From a virus, in UHGV virus genome UHGV-1871327: 41,362 bases of DNA, one strand, 5' to 3'. Under the pieces are notes generated by a model. The model saw only the letters and a list, made by a program, of their open reading frames with translations. It was not told where the DNA came from and did no database searches. Shown piece by piece: positions 26,395-35,661 of this stretch; the stretch's first letter is position 1; every line of letters begins with the position of its first letter. The translations under genes and the position numbers were made by a program.

Positions 26395-27978
26395 TTATGC
26401 TCCTTTATACTCCTGCGGTACAATATCCGCCGGCACCCGCCATCCATTGGCTGCGATCCGGTCGATCAGCTTCCGGGCTGTATCAAACTGCCAGGTACCC
26501 ACATGCTGGAATCCCCTGCCTTCCAGAAACCGGATTTGTTTCGGGGTTGTCAGCTTTTCCTGGCGGCGCTTTTCCAGGCGCTCCAGCAGCTTGGAAGCCT
26601 TTCCGGCGTTGTCAATCTGGTCCGGAAGGATACCCAGTTTTTCCAGGGTCTGCTTCTGTCGGTCAGACGGCGGTGCCATTTCCCATCCGAACGCCGGCAC
26701 ATACCCCGACAGATCTTCAGCCTGGATAGACATTTCAAACTGCAGCGGATCCACCAGTTTTTTCTTCCGGCGCTTCATCTCTGCCAACTGCTTGGCAAGT
26801 GCTTCTTCCCGCTGGGCCACTACATCTTCAGCAGCCGTTTTTTCTGCTTCTTCGATATCTACAGGGCATCCGGCTTCTTTTTCCAGGTTTTCGGTCATTT
26901 TCTGCGCTACTTCTTCGCTTTCGCAGATCAGGGACGCCGGATGGCATAGTTCATGGCGCTCTGTATGCCACAGGAAATCCAACAGCAGCAAGTGATCCTT
27001 TCCGGCGGCCAGCCGGGTCCCACGTCCCACCATCTGACAGTACAGGCTCCGGATTTTGGTCGGCCGCAGCACCACGATACAGTCCACAGACGGGCAATCC
27101 CAACCCTCCGTCAGCAGCATGCTGTTGCAAAGGACGTTATACCGGCCCGCTTCAAAGTCCTGCAGGATCTCGGCTCGGTCCGGACTCTCCCCGTTGACTT
27201 CGGCTGCCTGGAATCCATGTTCCTGCAGGATGCCGCAGAACTTCTGGCTGGTCTTGACAAGCGGGAGGAATACTACGGTCTTTTTCTCCCGGCAGTATTT
27301 TCCCATTTCTTCCGCAATCCCCTCCAGATACGGATCCAGTGCCGTCCCGATATCTCCGGCCTTGAAATCCCCGGCCTGTACACCCACGCCGCTCATATCG
27401 ATCTTCAGGGGGATGGTCAGGGCTTTAATCGGGGACAGGTATCCTTCCCGGATTGCCTTCGGCAGCGTATACTCATAGGCCAGAGATTCAAAATACTGTC
27501 CCAGGTTCCGCATGTCTCCCCGGTCCGGTGTCGCGGTCACTCCCAGGACATGGGCTGCCGGGAAATGCTCCAGAACCCGTTGGTAGCTGTCGGAAATGCA
27601 GTGATGCGCTTCATCAATGATGATCGTATTGAAATAATCGGCCGGGAACTGACCCAGCCGTTTTTCTCTCATCAGGGTCTGGACTGACCCGACTACAATC
27701 CGGAACCAGCTCCCCTGGCAGGACTGCTCTGCTTTTTCCACTGCACAGCCCAGCCCTGTGGATTTCTGGATTTTATCCGCGGCCTGCTCCAGCAGTTCTC
27801 CGCGGTGTGCCAGGATCAGAACCCGGTCACCTTTCCGGACGCAATCCTCTGTGACCTTGGCAAATACAATGGTTTTGCCGCAGCCAGTAGGAAGGACCAG
27901 CAGCGTTTTCTGTACGCCGCTGTCCCATTGCTCAAAAATGGATTTCCTGGCTTCTTCCTGGTAAGGTCTCAGTTCCAT
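26395..27978 (-). CDS. SF2 DEAD/DEAH-box helicase
   Basis: 527 aa. MELRPYQEEA.. motif I LVLPTGCGKT, motif II IIIDEAHH, helicase C-terminal region (..QMVGRGTR). Confidence 0.85.
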   Translation of the reverse strand: MELRPYQEEARKSIFEQWDSGVQKTLLVLPTGCGKTIVFAKVTEDCVRKGDRVLILAHRGELLEQAADKIQKSTGLGCAVEKAEQSCQGSWFRIVVGSVQTLMREKRLGQFPADYFNTIIIDEAHHCISDSYQRVLEHFPAAHVLGVTATPDRGDMRNLGQYFESLAYEYTLPKAIREGYLSPIKALTIPLKIDMSGVGVQAGDFKAGDIGTALDPYLEGIAEEMGKYCREKKTVVFLPLVKTSQKFCGILQEHGFQAAEVNGESPDRAEILQDFEAGRYNVLCNSMLLTEGWDCPSVDCIVVLRPTKIRSLYCQMVGRGTRLAAGKDHLLLLDFLWHTERHELCHPASLICESEEVAQKMTENLEKEAGCPVDIEEAEKTAAEDVVAQREEALAKQLAEMKRRKKKLVDPLQFEMSIQAEDLSGYVPAFGWEMAPPSDRQKQTLEKLGILPDQIDNAGKASKLLERLEKRRQEKLTTPKQIRFLEGRGFQHVGTWQFDTARKLIDRIAANGWRVPADIVPQEYKGA

Positions 27979-27980
27979 GG

Positions 27981-28424
27981 TCAGAATCTCCCCGGTTCAA
28001 ATTTCTTCGGCTCTTTCGGATACAGTTTATCGATCCGGTTAAACAGCTTCGAAGGATCATTGGATCCCGGTTCCTGTTTCACTCGGCAGCGCCCGGTCAA
28101 TCCGGGAAGCGCCTGCCAGTTCATTCGCAGCGGTTCCCCTTCCTTTTTCAGCCCTACGCTCCGGAACAGTTCCGACAGTTTCCATTCCAGTTTTGAATGG
28201 AGGAGAAAGTTCTCTCGGATCGTTACATCCCGATCCCGGTCATGGATGGTAAAATAGACAGTCGCCATGTTACAGGGAGGGAGTTTTCCTTCCCCTTTCG
28301 ATCTTCCGCGCTCAAATGTTTCAATGGTAAAATCATAGTCCCCGGCCGGAACCGGCTCAAAATTCTTTCCGTCATCTTGAATGGTATCGCCCCAGTCCAG
28401 CTCTCTTCCCAGTTCTTCGCTCAT
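27981..28424 (-). CDS. DUF669-like phage protein
   Basis: 147 aa. MSEELGRELDWGDTIQDDGKNFEPVPAGDYDFTIE.. Typical partner of AAA_24 ATPases. Confidence 0.5.
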   Translation of the reverse strand: MSEELGRELDWGDTIQDDGKNFEPVPAGDYDFTIETFERGRSKGEGKLPPCNMATVYFTIHDRDRDVTIRENFLLHSKLEWKLSELFRSVGLKKEGEPLRMNWQALPGLTGRCRVKQEPGSNDPSKLFNRIDKLYPKEPKKFEPGRF

Positions 28425-28439
28425 CTCATTTATTCCTCC

Positions 28440-29597
28440 TTAAAATGGTATTTCCTGTTTTTCTTTCATTTCCTTGATTGCTGCGTATACCTGATCCCAG
28501 GACGCTACCAGCAAACCATCCACAATGCCGGGATTCACTGTGTCGTATTCCCAGATTGGCGTGCCAGATGGCACATATCCTTTCGCTTCCACCACATTTT
28601 CCAGGTCCCACTGCGACACATGATTGGCAACCATCAGATCCCGGAGGGATTTGGGCACCCGCGGATCAATCTGTATATCAGATGTATCCGGTTCTGGCAG
28701 GTTCATACTCATCTGCTCTCCAGATTCAGCAGGAGCAGGTTCTTTTGGTGCTGGCGCCGCCTGAGGCTTCGGACGCTCCGTGGTACTTTTGTCCGGCACG
28801 GATACAGTCTGCTGTTTTGCCGGCTGTGCCTTTTCCGGTGCAGGTTTTGCGTCCTCTGGCGCAGCTGTTTCCTCGATAACTCCGGAAATAGAGCTGTATT
28901 CAAACGGCAGTTCGTCCGCCAGCCCATACCGGTTTTTGGCGTCCCAGCAACTATGGTGGGTCGTATAAATGACACGCTTTCCGCCCTGCGCCTTATTTTT
29001 CCCGTCTACTTTAATTACATGGGTTTTGTAATTGGCAAACAGTACCATGTCCGCCCATTCCTTTACCATCGGGGATACGTTCTTGCTGAGCTTCATTTCC
29101 CACCGATCATACGCTCCCATCTCATCTGGCTGCTCAAATTTCCGCATTTTTGCATGGGCTGTCAGGACTACGTTGACTTTTTTCTGCTCCACCAGGTCTG
29201 TCAGAAGGTTCAGCAGCCGGCCAAATTCCTCCTGCAAAAAGACATAGCCCTTTCCATATCCGAAATCTTCAATTCCGGACTTCTGGTATTTACCGCAGAC
29301 AACCGCGGAGCAGAGCTGTTCCGCCCAGTCCGCTGTATCAATCACCAGCGTCTTGCATGCGGATGGATTCTGCATGATATACCGCACTTCCTCCAGCAGC
29401 ATGCTCCAACTGGTGGGCGCCGGCAGCCTGGAAATATCCATGTTGTTCGTGCTGCCCTCCGTATCAATGAATACCGGATCCGGAAACTGGCTGGCAAATG
29501 TAGACTTTCCGATACCCTCCGGCCCGTAGATTACAACTTTCTTCGCACAGGGGATCTTCCCTCTGGTTATTTCCATCAAAATACACCCGCCTTCCAT
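28440..29597 (-). CDS. AAA_24 family ATPase (Sak4-like recombination ATPase)
   Basis: Walker A VVIYGPEGIGKSTFA. Pro/Ala-rich linker, then a C-terminal domain. Confidence 0.7.
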   Translation of the reverse strand: MEGGCILMEITRGKIPCAKKVVIYGPEGIGKSTFASQFPDPVFIDTEGSTNNMDISRLPAPTSWSMLLEEVRYIMQNPSACKTLVIDTADWAEQLCSAVVCGKYQKSGIEDFGYGKGYVFLQEEFGRLLNLLTDLVEQKKVNVVLTAHAKMRKFEQPDEMGAYDRWEMKLSKNVSPMVKEWADMVLFANYKTHVIKVDGKNKAQGGKRVIYTTHHSCWDAKNRYGLADELPFEYSSISGVIEETAAPEDAKPAPEKAQPAKQQTVSVPDKSTTERPKPQAAPAPKEPAPAESGEQMSMNLPEPDTSDIQIDPRVPKSLRDLMVANHVSQWDLENVVEAKGYVPSGTPIWEYDTVNPGIVDGLLVASWDQVYAAIKEMKEKQEIPF

Positions 29598-30865
29598 TCT
29601 TTCTTCGGCTCTTCCGGCTTTTCTGCGCCGGCTACATAACCGTCCTCAATGATGATGCTGCATTCATCCCCGGTGCTGACCCGGGTAGCGATTGCCTGAA
29701 GCCCTTCCGCTTCCAGCCACTCTCCAAACTCCTGCAGCGTATCCAGATCCATCTGCTCCAGCTTGTCCAGCAGGACAAAACCGCATTCCGGGTTCAGCTT
29801 CCGGACAATGGCGGTGGAGACTTTCAGACGGTCAGATCCGGACATGTTATCCCATTTCTGTCCTTTGTAAATCAGCTCCCCGTCCCGGACAGACAGCTCC
29901 GGAAGCGGCAGCTCTGCGGAATTAAGCAGCGCCGCCTTCTCATCCCGCACTTTCTCCAGTTGGTCCGTCAGCCCCTGGTATTGTTTCCGGTACTCCCGGG
30001 CGTCATCTTCCGCTTTTTCCTTGTCCAGGTTGGCGCGAACCTTCCGGTTGATTTCTTCGATGTTTGCGATATTATTTTCCAGTTCCGCGGTAGATTCATC
30101 CTGCAGATCTTTTATGTTCAGAGACGCAACCCGTAAGGATTCCCTGGCTTCTTCCAACTGCTTTCTTTTGAGTTTTAACTGATATTCTATGGATTCTATT
30201 TCCTGGGACAGGGATTCTACACTCTGGCGGTATTTGCCTTCCTGTTCCCGTTTCCGCTGGTTTTCCCCATTCCGCGCAAGGATCTCCTGATGCTGCCGGA
30301 TCAGATCAGACGGTGATACCAGATCTTTTGGGGCTTCCGGGAAATACGGCTGTTCCTTCGCATATTTTTCCTTCTGATCCGCGATCCGACCAATCGCCTG
30401 TCGTTCATTATATAGCTCTGTTTCCTGCTGTTTCATGGCAGTCAACTGTTCTCCGACACCAATGATCTGCAGCAGTGTCTTTGCCTTCTCCTTCCCGGAA
30501 CTTTCCATGAACTTCGGAAGGTTTAGGGCCAGCTTTTCCACGAAACTGTCCAGAAGCTGCTGGCCGGCCTTCTGGCCGGATGGGTCAGTGACTTTCAAGG
30601 CACTGTTCTTGCCTTTTCGCTCCACTACCAGACCGTTGTTCATGACAACTTTCAGGTTTGGCGGGATCACAGACCCTTCCCGGGTCGCTTCTGATGGACG
30701 GAAGGTCTCACCGCCCAAGGCCCAGGCAATCGAATCCAGGACAGAAGTCTTCCCCTGGTTATTCTTACCGCCGATAATCGTGAGGCCGTTTGCGGTTGGC
30801 TCCAGCTTCACGGCCCTGATCCGCTTGACGTTCTCAATTTCCAGTCTGTTTATCTTCATTGACAT
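29576..30865 (-). CDS. SbcC/Rad50-like AAA_23 ATPase
   Basis: N-terminus MSMKINRLEIENVKRI..IIGGKNNQGKTSVLDSI (SMC-type Walker A), long coiled coil, C-terminal ..FVLLDKLEQMD (Walker B/D-loop). Confidence 0.7.
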   Translation of the reverse strand: MSMKINRLEIENVKRIRAVKLEPTANGLTIIGGKNNQGKTSVLDSIAWALGGETFRPSEATREGSVIPPNLKVVMNNGLVVERKGKNSALKVTDPSGQKAGQQLLDSFVEKLALNLPKFMESSGKEKAKTLLQIIGVGEQLTAMKQQETELYNERQAIGRIADQKEKYAKEQPYFPEAPKDLVSPSDLIRQHQEILARNGENQRKREQEGKYRQSVESLSQEIESIEYQLKLKRKQLEEARESLRVASLNIKDLQDESTAELENNIANIEEINRKVRANLDKEKAEDDAREYRKQYQGLTDQLEKVRDEKAALLNSAELPLPELSVRDGELIYKGQKWDNMSGSDRLKVSTAIVRKLNPECGFVLLDKLEQMDLDTLQEFGEWLEAEGLQAIATRVSTGDECSIIIEDGYVAGAEKPEEPKKEWKAGVF

Positions 30866-30949
30866 CTTGACTTTCCTCCCATTTCCGCCCTATAATTGGG
30901 CTGTAAGATATTTTTCTTTTGACTCCAGCGGCTGCCACTGCTGGGGTCA

Positions 30950-31192
30950 TTATTTTTTTATAATTAGATATCCAGCCACCCACGCCACACTGAGTCCAAA
31001 CAGCACCATCTTGGCCGGCGTGTATACCTCCGCACAGCAGGTACAGACCATAACGATGGCTGCAGCGGCCGTGACCGTTTTCAGGATCTGCCGGCCCAGT
31101 GCCGGGTGACGCTCCCTAAACATCTGCCGGCGGGTCTTGCGGCGGACATATATTTTCTGGCAGCTCACTTCCTCATCACCTCCCTCAAGCAC
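30950..31192 (-). CDS. Hypothetical small membrane protein
   Basis: 80 aa with a C-terminal hydrophobic stretch. Overlaps 31165..31416 by 28 nt. Confidence 0.3.
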   Translation of the reverse strand: MLEGGDEEVSCQKIYVRRKTRRQMFRERHPALGRQILKTVTAAAAIVMVCTCCAEVYTPAKMVLFGLSVAWVAGYLIIKK

Positions 31193-31416
31193 GATATTCC
31201 TCCGCGCGGGATTGCCCGGTTTTCCATCTCGCGTTCCCGCTGCAGCACTTTTTCCAGCTCCGCCGTATCGTATATGATCGGACTGTTTTTCTTCGCCGGA
31301 TTGGCTTTCCGGGCTACCTTCTGCCCCCTGGTGCGGTAGATCCGCAGCAGAGTGGCCTCCGGTATCCCCATCTCTTTTAATTGTTTCAGCCGCATGATTG
31401 GTTTTGGATATACCAT
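31165..31416 (-). CDS. HTH DNA-binding protein (early regulator)
   Basis: 83 aa. ..MRLKQLKEMGIPEATLLRIYRTRGQKVARK.. HTH-like. Confidence 0.45.
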   Translation of the reverse strand: MVYPKPIMRLKQLKEMGIPEATLLRIYRTRGQKVARKANPAKKNSPIIYDTAELEKVLQREREMENRAIPRGGISCLREVMRK

Positions 31417-31622
31417 CAGATCACCTCCTTTGCTGGCTCATCTTCAAGCAGTTTCTCAATCGGAACGCCGAGGAAATCAGCTACTTTCTGCACTTTGCGG
31501 ATGCCTGGTTCATTTTCGTTCCACTTGGATATGCTTCCATTTGAAAGTTCACACTGCTTTTCCACATATCCTACCGAAACGCCTTTCTCAGAACATACTC
31601 TTTTTACGTTATCGTAAAGCAT
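31416..31622 (-). CDS. cro: Cro-like XRE-family HTH regulator
   Basis: 68 aa. ..KRVCSEKGVSVGYVEKQCELSNGSISKWENE.. XRE HTH. Divergent from the CI-like gene. Confidence 0.75.
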   Translation of the reverse strand: MLYDNVKRVCSEKGVSVGYVEKQCELSNGSISKWNENEPGIRKVQKVADFLGVPIEKLLEDEPAKEVI

Positions 31623-31845
31623 ACTTAACCTCCCTTCTATTAATTGGCACAGAAAATGTTCTACACAAGTATTGACTTTTTACCGAAAATATTCTAATAT
31701 AGAGCTACCACACAATATATAGAACATGTTCATTATCACTTGATTTACAGAAAGTTTTCTGTGCCTATGTCTTTATTATACAGAATACTTTCTATTTGTC
31801 AAGCTGTTTTTGCAGAAAGTTTTCTGTATGATAAGGAGAGGCCTC
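31623..31845. promoter_or_regulatory. Lysogeny switch region with five AGAA-N4-TTCT operator-like sites
   Basis: Sites at 31651-31662, 31721-31732, 31749-31760, 31782-31793 and 31814-31825. The sequence ACAGAAAGTTTTCTGT occurs twice. Confidence 0.5.
31672..31700 (+). promoter_or_regulatory. Sigma-A-type promoter TTGACT-17-TAATAT (rightward)
   Basis: Near-consensus -35 and -10 hexamers with 17-bp spacing, read directly from the sequence. Confidence 0.45.
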
Positions 31846-32226
31846 ATGACTTTATATGAACGTATTGAAACCCTGCGAAAAAGTAAAAATATTTCTCAGG
31901 GAAAGTTAGAAAAGGAACTTGGGTTTTCGAACGGATCAATATCTAAGTGGAAGAACAGTACCCCTACCACAGAGCGTTTACAAAAACTTGCTGATTATTT
32001 TGGAGTTACTGTGGAGTATTTGTTAACCGGAGAAGAAAAAGAACCTGCCGGCTACTATCTGAACGATGAAACCGCACAGGTTGCACAAGAAATATTTGAG
32101 AACAAAGATCTTCGCGTCCTTTTTGATGCCGCAAAAGATGCCAGTCCAGAAGATCTGAAAACCACATATGATATGCTTATGGCTCTGAAAAAGAAGGAGC
32201 GTGGAGATTATGACGAAGGATGTTAA
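31846..32226 (+). CDS. cI: CI-like XRE-family repressor
   Basis: RBS AAGGAGAGG before the ATG at 31846. MTLYERIETLRKSKNISQGKLEKELGFSNGSISKWKN.. HTH plus a C-terminal domain. Confidence 0.75.
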   Translation: MTLYERIETLRKSKNISQGKLEKELGFSNGSISKWKNSTPTTERLQKLADYFGVTVEYLLTGEEKEPAGYYLNDETAQVAQEIFENKDLRVLFDAAKDASPEDLKTTYDMLMALKKKERGDYDEGC

Positions 32227-32587
32227 TGTATTTATTAAAAATTTTCCGAATACAAAAGAAGCTGAAGCGATTACAGAAAACCCGGATGGAACATATACTA
32301 TATTTCTTAATGCTCGAATGTCATACGAACGGCAATTAGAAGCTTATCAGCATGCCCTTGAACATATACAGAATAATGACTTCCAGAAACTGGACGTCCA
32401 ACAGATCGAGGCTATTGCTCACGCCGATCAGACCACGAAAGAGCCGATTGTCACTCAGAAGAAAAAACGTCGCCGTCGTAACCGTTATAGACAGTATGAA
32501 AAACAACGTCGGGCGCTGGCTGCTTTTGGAGTTGATGCCTGGTCTCAGCATGAAGCACACTGGCTCGATCCAGATTGCAGGTTCTGA
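32210..32587 (+). CDS. ImmA/IrrE-like metallopeptidase with a variant HxxEH motif
   Basis: ..TIFLNARMSYERQLEAYQHALEHIQ.. aligns to the ImmA (I/V)F(I/L)N..E(K/R)Q.....HELGH block, but here the motif is H-A-L-E-H. Basic C-terminal tail. Confidence 0.5.
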   Translation: MTKDVNVFIKNFPNTKEAEAITENPDGTYTIFLNARMSYERQLEAYQHALEHIQNNDFQKLDVQQIEAIAHADQTTKEPIVTQKKKRRRRNRYRQYEKQRRALAAFGVDAWSQHEAHWLDPDCRF

Positions 32588-32639
32588 TTAAACCGCCGCT
32601 GGCGTTTTAATAAAAATCATTTTAAAGGGGGATATACCT

Positions 32640-33464
32640 ATGAAAAAGAAAATTGTTATCGCTTTATTGATTGGTTCCACTATTATGTCAATATCCGCAT
32701 GTGGCAAGGGTAATAGTGCTTCAACTTCTCAACAAACAACCGCCTCTATCACGGAAACTCCATCAGTAACCGAAACGCCCGAGATCACTCCCGAAAGCTT
32801 ATCCGACTCTTCTTCAGTTATGAATGATTCAAGTACTCCGGGTAACGTAATACAAGTTGATACATCAGAAGATACGGAAATAAAAGCTCCTACTGTTTTA
32901 GATTATGGATTTGTAGTCATTGAGGGTTACGATTCTTATTACATTGAATATGCCTATGAAATCAAAAACGAAAATAATGTAGATATTGAATTTCCAACAG
33001 TAAAAATAACTGCTAAAGATGACTCAGGGGCTATATTGGCTTCTGAAGAAGATGTTCGGGGTTACATTGCTGCCGGAGATACAATAGCTCAGGCTTCGCA
33101 AATCAGTTGCGATTCAATGCCCGCTTCCATAGAAATTGTAGGTGTTGTCCCTGACGATTATAATGTTGTTTCTAATAGCAGCGGACGTTCATCTGCTGAT
33201 TTTACAATCTCAAATGCATCTTTACAGGGGGATTCTGTGACCGGAGAAATTACAAATAATTCGACTCAAGATTACGACGATGGTTTTGTTGCAACAGCAA
33301 TTTTTAGAGACTCAAACGGAAACATAGTCACAGGTGCAACGGATTATTATACAAACAAAATTTCGGCAGGAGAAACCACTACATTTGAAATTAACTGTAT
33401 GTTTGATCCCTCTGAATATTCGTTTGAAACTATCACTGTTACTGCCTATGGAGAATCCTATTGA
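32640..33464 (+). CDS. Phage-encoded lipoprotein (moron)
   Basis: Signal peptide plus lipobox ..IMSISAC, Ser/Thr-rich linker, AT-rich codon usage. Confidence 0.7.
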   Translation: MKKKIVIALLIGSTIMSISACGKGNSASTSQQTTASITETPSVTETPEITPESLSDSSSVMNDSSTPGNVIQVDTSEDTEIKAPTVLDYGFVVIEGYDSYYIEYAYEIKNENNVDIEFPTVKITAKDDSGAILASEEDVRGYIAAGDTIAQASQISCDSMPASIEIVGVVPDDYNVVSNSSGRSSADFTISNASLQGDSVTGEITNNSTQDYDDGFVATAIFRDSNGNIVTGATDYYTNKISAGETTTFEINCMFDPSEYSFETITVTAYGESY

Positions 33465-34234
33465 TGAAAAAGAATATTATAATTATATTATCAAACATTC
33501 TACTAATATCCAGTTTTAACGCTTGTGCAGATAATAATAGTAGCAGTTCTGGATATACTGATGCAAATTCTGCCGTTATACACGTTTCGGATACACCAAT
33601 GACGGATAACAATTCTAATGAATCTGCTGCTGTTACTCCATATCCTACAAAAATAGAAACTGTTTCAACACCTTCTCCAACAGAAATACCTGTGCCAACC
33701 ACGCCGGAACCATCAAATACACCAATGCCAACAGTTACATCGACTCCGACCCCAGAACCAACACCAACTATTCTGGCATATGGTTCCGGAACACTAAAAG
33801 TAGGAACTGATATTCCTGAAGGAGAATACATAGTTTTCGCAACGGATGGATGGGGAGGATATTTCTCAGTTAATTCTGATGCGAACGGCGACGATATCCT
33901 ATTTAATGGCAATTTTGATTATTGTTCAATTATAACCGTATATAGCGGTGAATATCTCGAGTTATCTAGAGCGCGAGCTTATCCATTTGACCAATGGTGC
34001 TCACAAAATACAATTGATTTATCCCGTGAGGGCGCGATGTACAAAATAGGGATAACACTTTCGGCTGGTGAATATTTGCTTACTTCCACTGATGAATGGG
34101 GCGGATATTATTGTATATATCCAGATAGCCGTCAGCAAGACATTATAGCAAATGATAATTTCGAAAATCAGACTTATGTTAGTGTCTCTGATGGGCAGTA
34201 TTTAGAATTAAGTAGATGCATGATATCACAATAA
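33461..34234 (+). CDS. Phage-encoded lipoprotein with tandem ~60-aa internal repeats (moron)
   Basis: Signal peptide ..LLISSFNAC, Pro/Thr linker, then two repeats (GEY..T.GWGGY....I..N.NF.....V..G.YLELSR). Confidence 0.7.
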   Translation: MMKKNIIIILSNILLISSFNACADNNSSSSGYTDANSAVIHVSDTPMTDNNSNESAAVTPYPTKIETVSTPSPTEIPVPTTPEPSNTPMPTVTSTPTPEPTPTILAYGSGTLKVGTDIPEGEYIVFATDGWGGYFSVNSDANGDDILFNGNFDYCSIITVYSGEYLELSRARAYPFDQWCSQNTIDLSREGAMYKIGITLSAGEYLLTSTDEWGGYYCIYPDSRQQDIIANDNFENQTYVSVSDGQYLELSRCMISQ

Positions 34235-34262
34235 TTTAATACCCGCCCCACGGGGCGGGCCA
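34233..34262 (+). terminator. GC-rich hairpin after the lipoprotein genes (CCCGCCC-CACG-GGGCGGG)
   Basis: 7-bp GC stem directly after the stop codon. No clear U-tract. Confidence 0.3.
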
Positions 34263-34563
34263 CCTTGACAATATAATATTTTGGGAAAATAAAAACCGGC
34301 CCCTGCGCCAACAGGAGCCGATCAATACGCCCCGCCCGCACTGCAGGCATTCCGGTGGACGATTTTACCATACCGCCTCCGGAGACGATACAGCTTCCCA
34401 ACACCAAGGATATTGTATCATCTTCGGGGCAGCCGTGCAAGCGGAAATACCGCTGGCTGTTATTTTTGTACCCTTTTTTAACTGTATTTTATCGCGTTAA
34501 AAAATTATAGTTAAGATTTTAATTGATTTAGTCAACTAAAAATTGAGATAGGAGGATGATACG

Positions 34564-35661
34564 ATGGCAAAGCGAAAATACTCTCCCGATAAAAACGGCA
34601 TCTACAGCACGCTGGTATGGGACGGCACATACACGCCGGACGGCCGGAAGCACCGCAAGCAGCTCCGGAGCAAAAAATCCAGCGCCGATCTGGAAAAACA
34701 GGTTAGGCAGTTTCAGGCGCAGGTGGAGGCCCGGAAGATCGTGCAGGCCACGGATATGACATTTTGCGAGTACGCCGCCATCTGGCTGCAGCTCTGCAAG
34801 CCAAATGCGGAGCTGAACACTCGGAAGATGTACGAAAATGTGATCTATGTGCATTTCCAGAAGATCGCCGGCATCCGGTTAGATTCCATCTCCCGCGTTC
34901 ACCTGCTCCTGTTATTGGGCGATGTCAACCCGCCCGCGGGCGAAAAAATTTACATGACCTTCCGGCAAGTGATCCAGTCCGCGGTCCATGACAAATACAT
35001 ATCGCCGGCGGCTGCCGCTGATATTTTCGCCGGCGTCCAGCGCCCACGATCAAAGCCGACAGAAAGCCGTCCGCTGACAGAGACGGAGCGCAAAGCTGTA
35101 TTTACAGCCGCCTACAAAAAACCAATGGATCAGGCATTTGCATGGATCATATACGGATGCGGCCTGCGCCGGGAAGAAGCTATATCACTGACCGTTTTTG
35201 ATATAGACCTCAAACGCGCAAATTTGTCCGTAAAACGGGCGACAGCGTTTGATGGCAATAATCCTCAAGGCAAAGGCCCAAAGACGGCAAATGGGGCGCG
35301 TATCGTTCCCCTGCCGGGATTTCTGGCTGACTTCCTGCGGCAGTATATAAAATCCCTTTCCGGATCATTACTGTTCCATACCGCTGACGGCCGGCCCATG
35401 ACAAAATCCGCTTATGACCGGATGTGGGGGCGGATTCGGACGGTGCTGGGTGGCGCGCTGGGAGAACCCTGTACTCTGACCGCTCACAATTTCCGGCACA
35501 ACTACTGTACGATGTTGTGCTACCAGATCCCCAGTATATCCATCAAACGGATCGCGCAGCTTCTCGGTGACACGGAGCAGGTCGTCCTTAAGATCTACAA
35601 TCATATTCTGGCCGAGAAAGAGGATGCCGCCGGTGCGGTGGAACGGGCGCTGTCCATCTAA
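34564..35661 (+). CDS. int: Tyrosine integrase (phage integrase family)
   Basis: 365 aa, RBS AGGAGG. Catalytic residues present: ..GCGLRREEAISL.. (Arg), ..HNFRHNYCT.. (His-x-x-Arg), ..VLKIYNHILA.. (Tyr). Confidence 0.9.
   Translation: MAKRKYSPDKNGIYSTLVWDGTYTPDGRKHRKQLRSKKSSADLEKQVRQFQAQVEARKIVQATDMTFCEYAAIWLQLCKPNAELNTRKMYENVIYVHFQKIAGIRLDSISRVHLLLLLGDVNPPAGEKIYMTFRQVIQSAVHDKYISPAAAADIFAGVQRPRSKPTESRPLTETERKAVFTAAYKKPMDQAFAWIIYGCGLRREEAISLTVFDIDLKRANLSVKRATAFDGNNPQGKGPKTANGARIVPLPGFLADFLRQYIKSLSGSLLFHTADGRPMTKSAYDRMWGRIRTVLGGALGEPCTLTAHNFRHNYCTMLCYQIPSISIKRIAQLLGDTEQVVLKIYNHILAEKEDAAGAVERALSI

Noticed and set aside
26397-29639. Numerous plus-strand ORFs antisense to the replication genes (for example 26024..26995, 26953..27687, 28197..29639)
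   Set aside because: They fully overlap strongly supported minus-strand genes with recognisable motifs, and their composition is typical of antisense frames in GC-rich DNA.
34174-34440. ORF 34174..34440 (-) between the lipoprotein and integrase genes
   Set aside because: It spans two hairpin or terminator-like elements. There is no RBS, and it is the only minus-strand frame in a plus-strand block.
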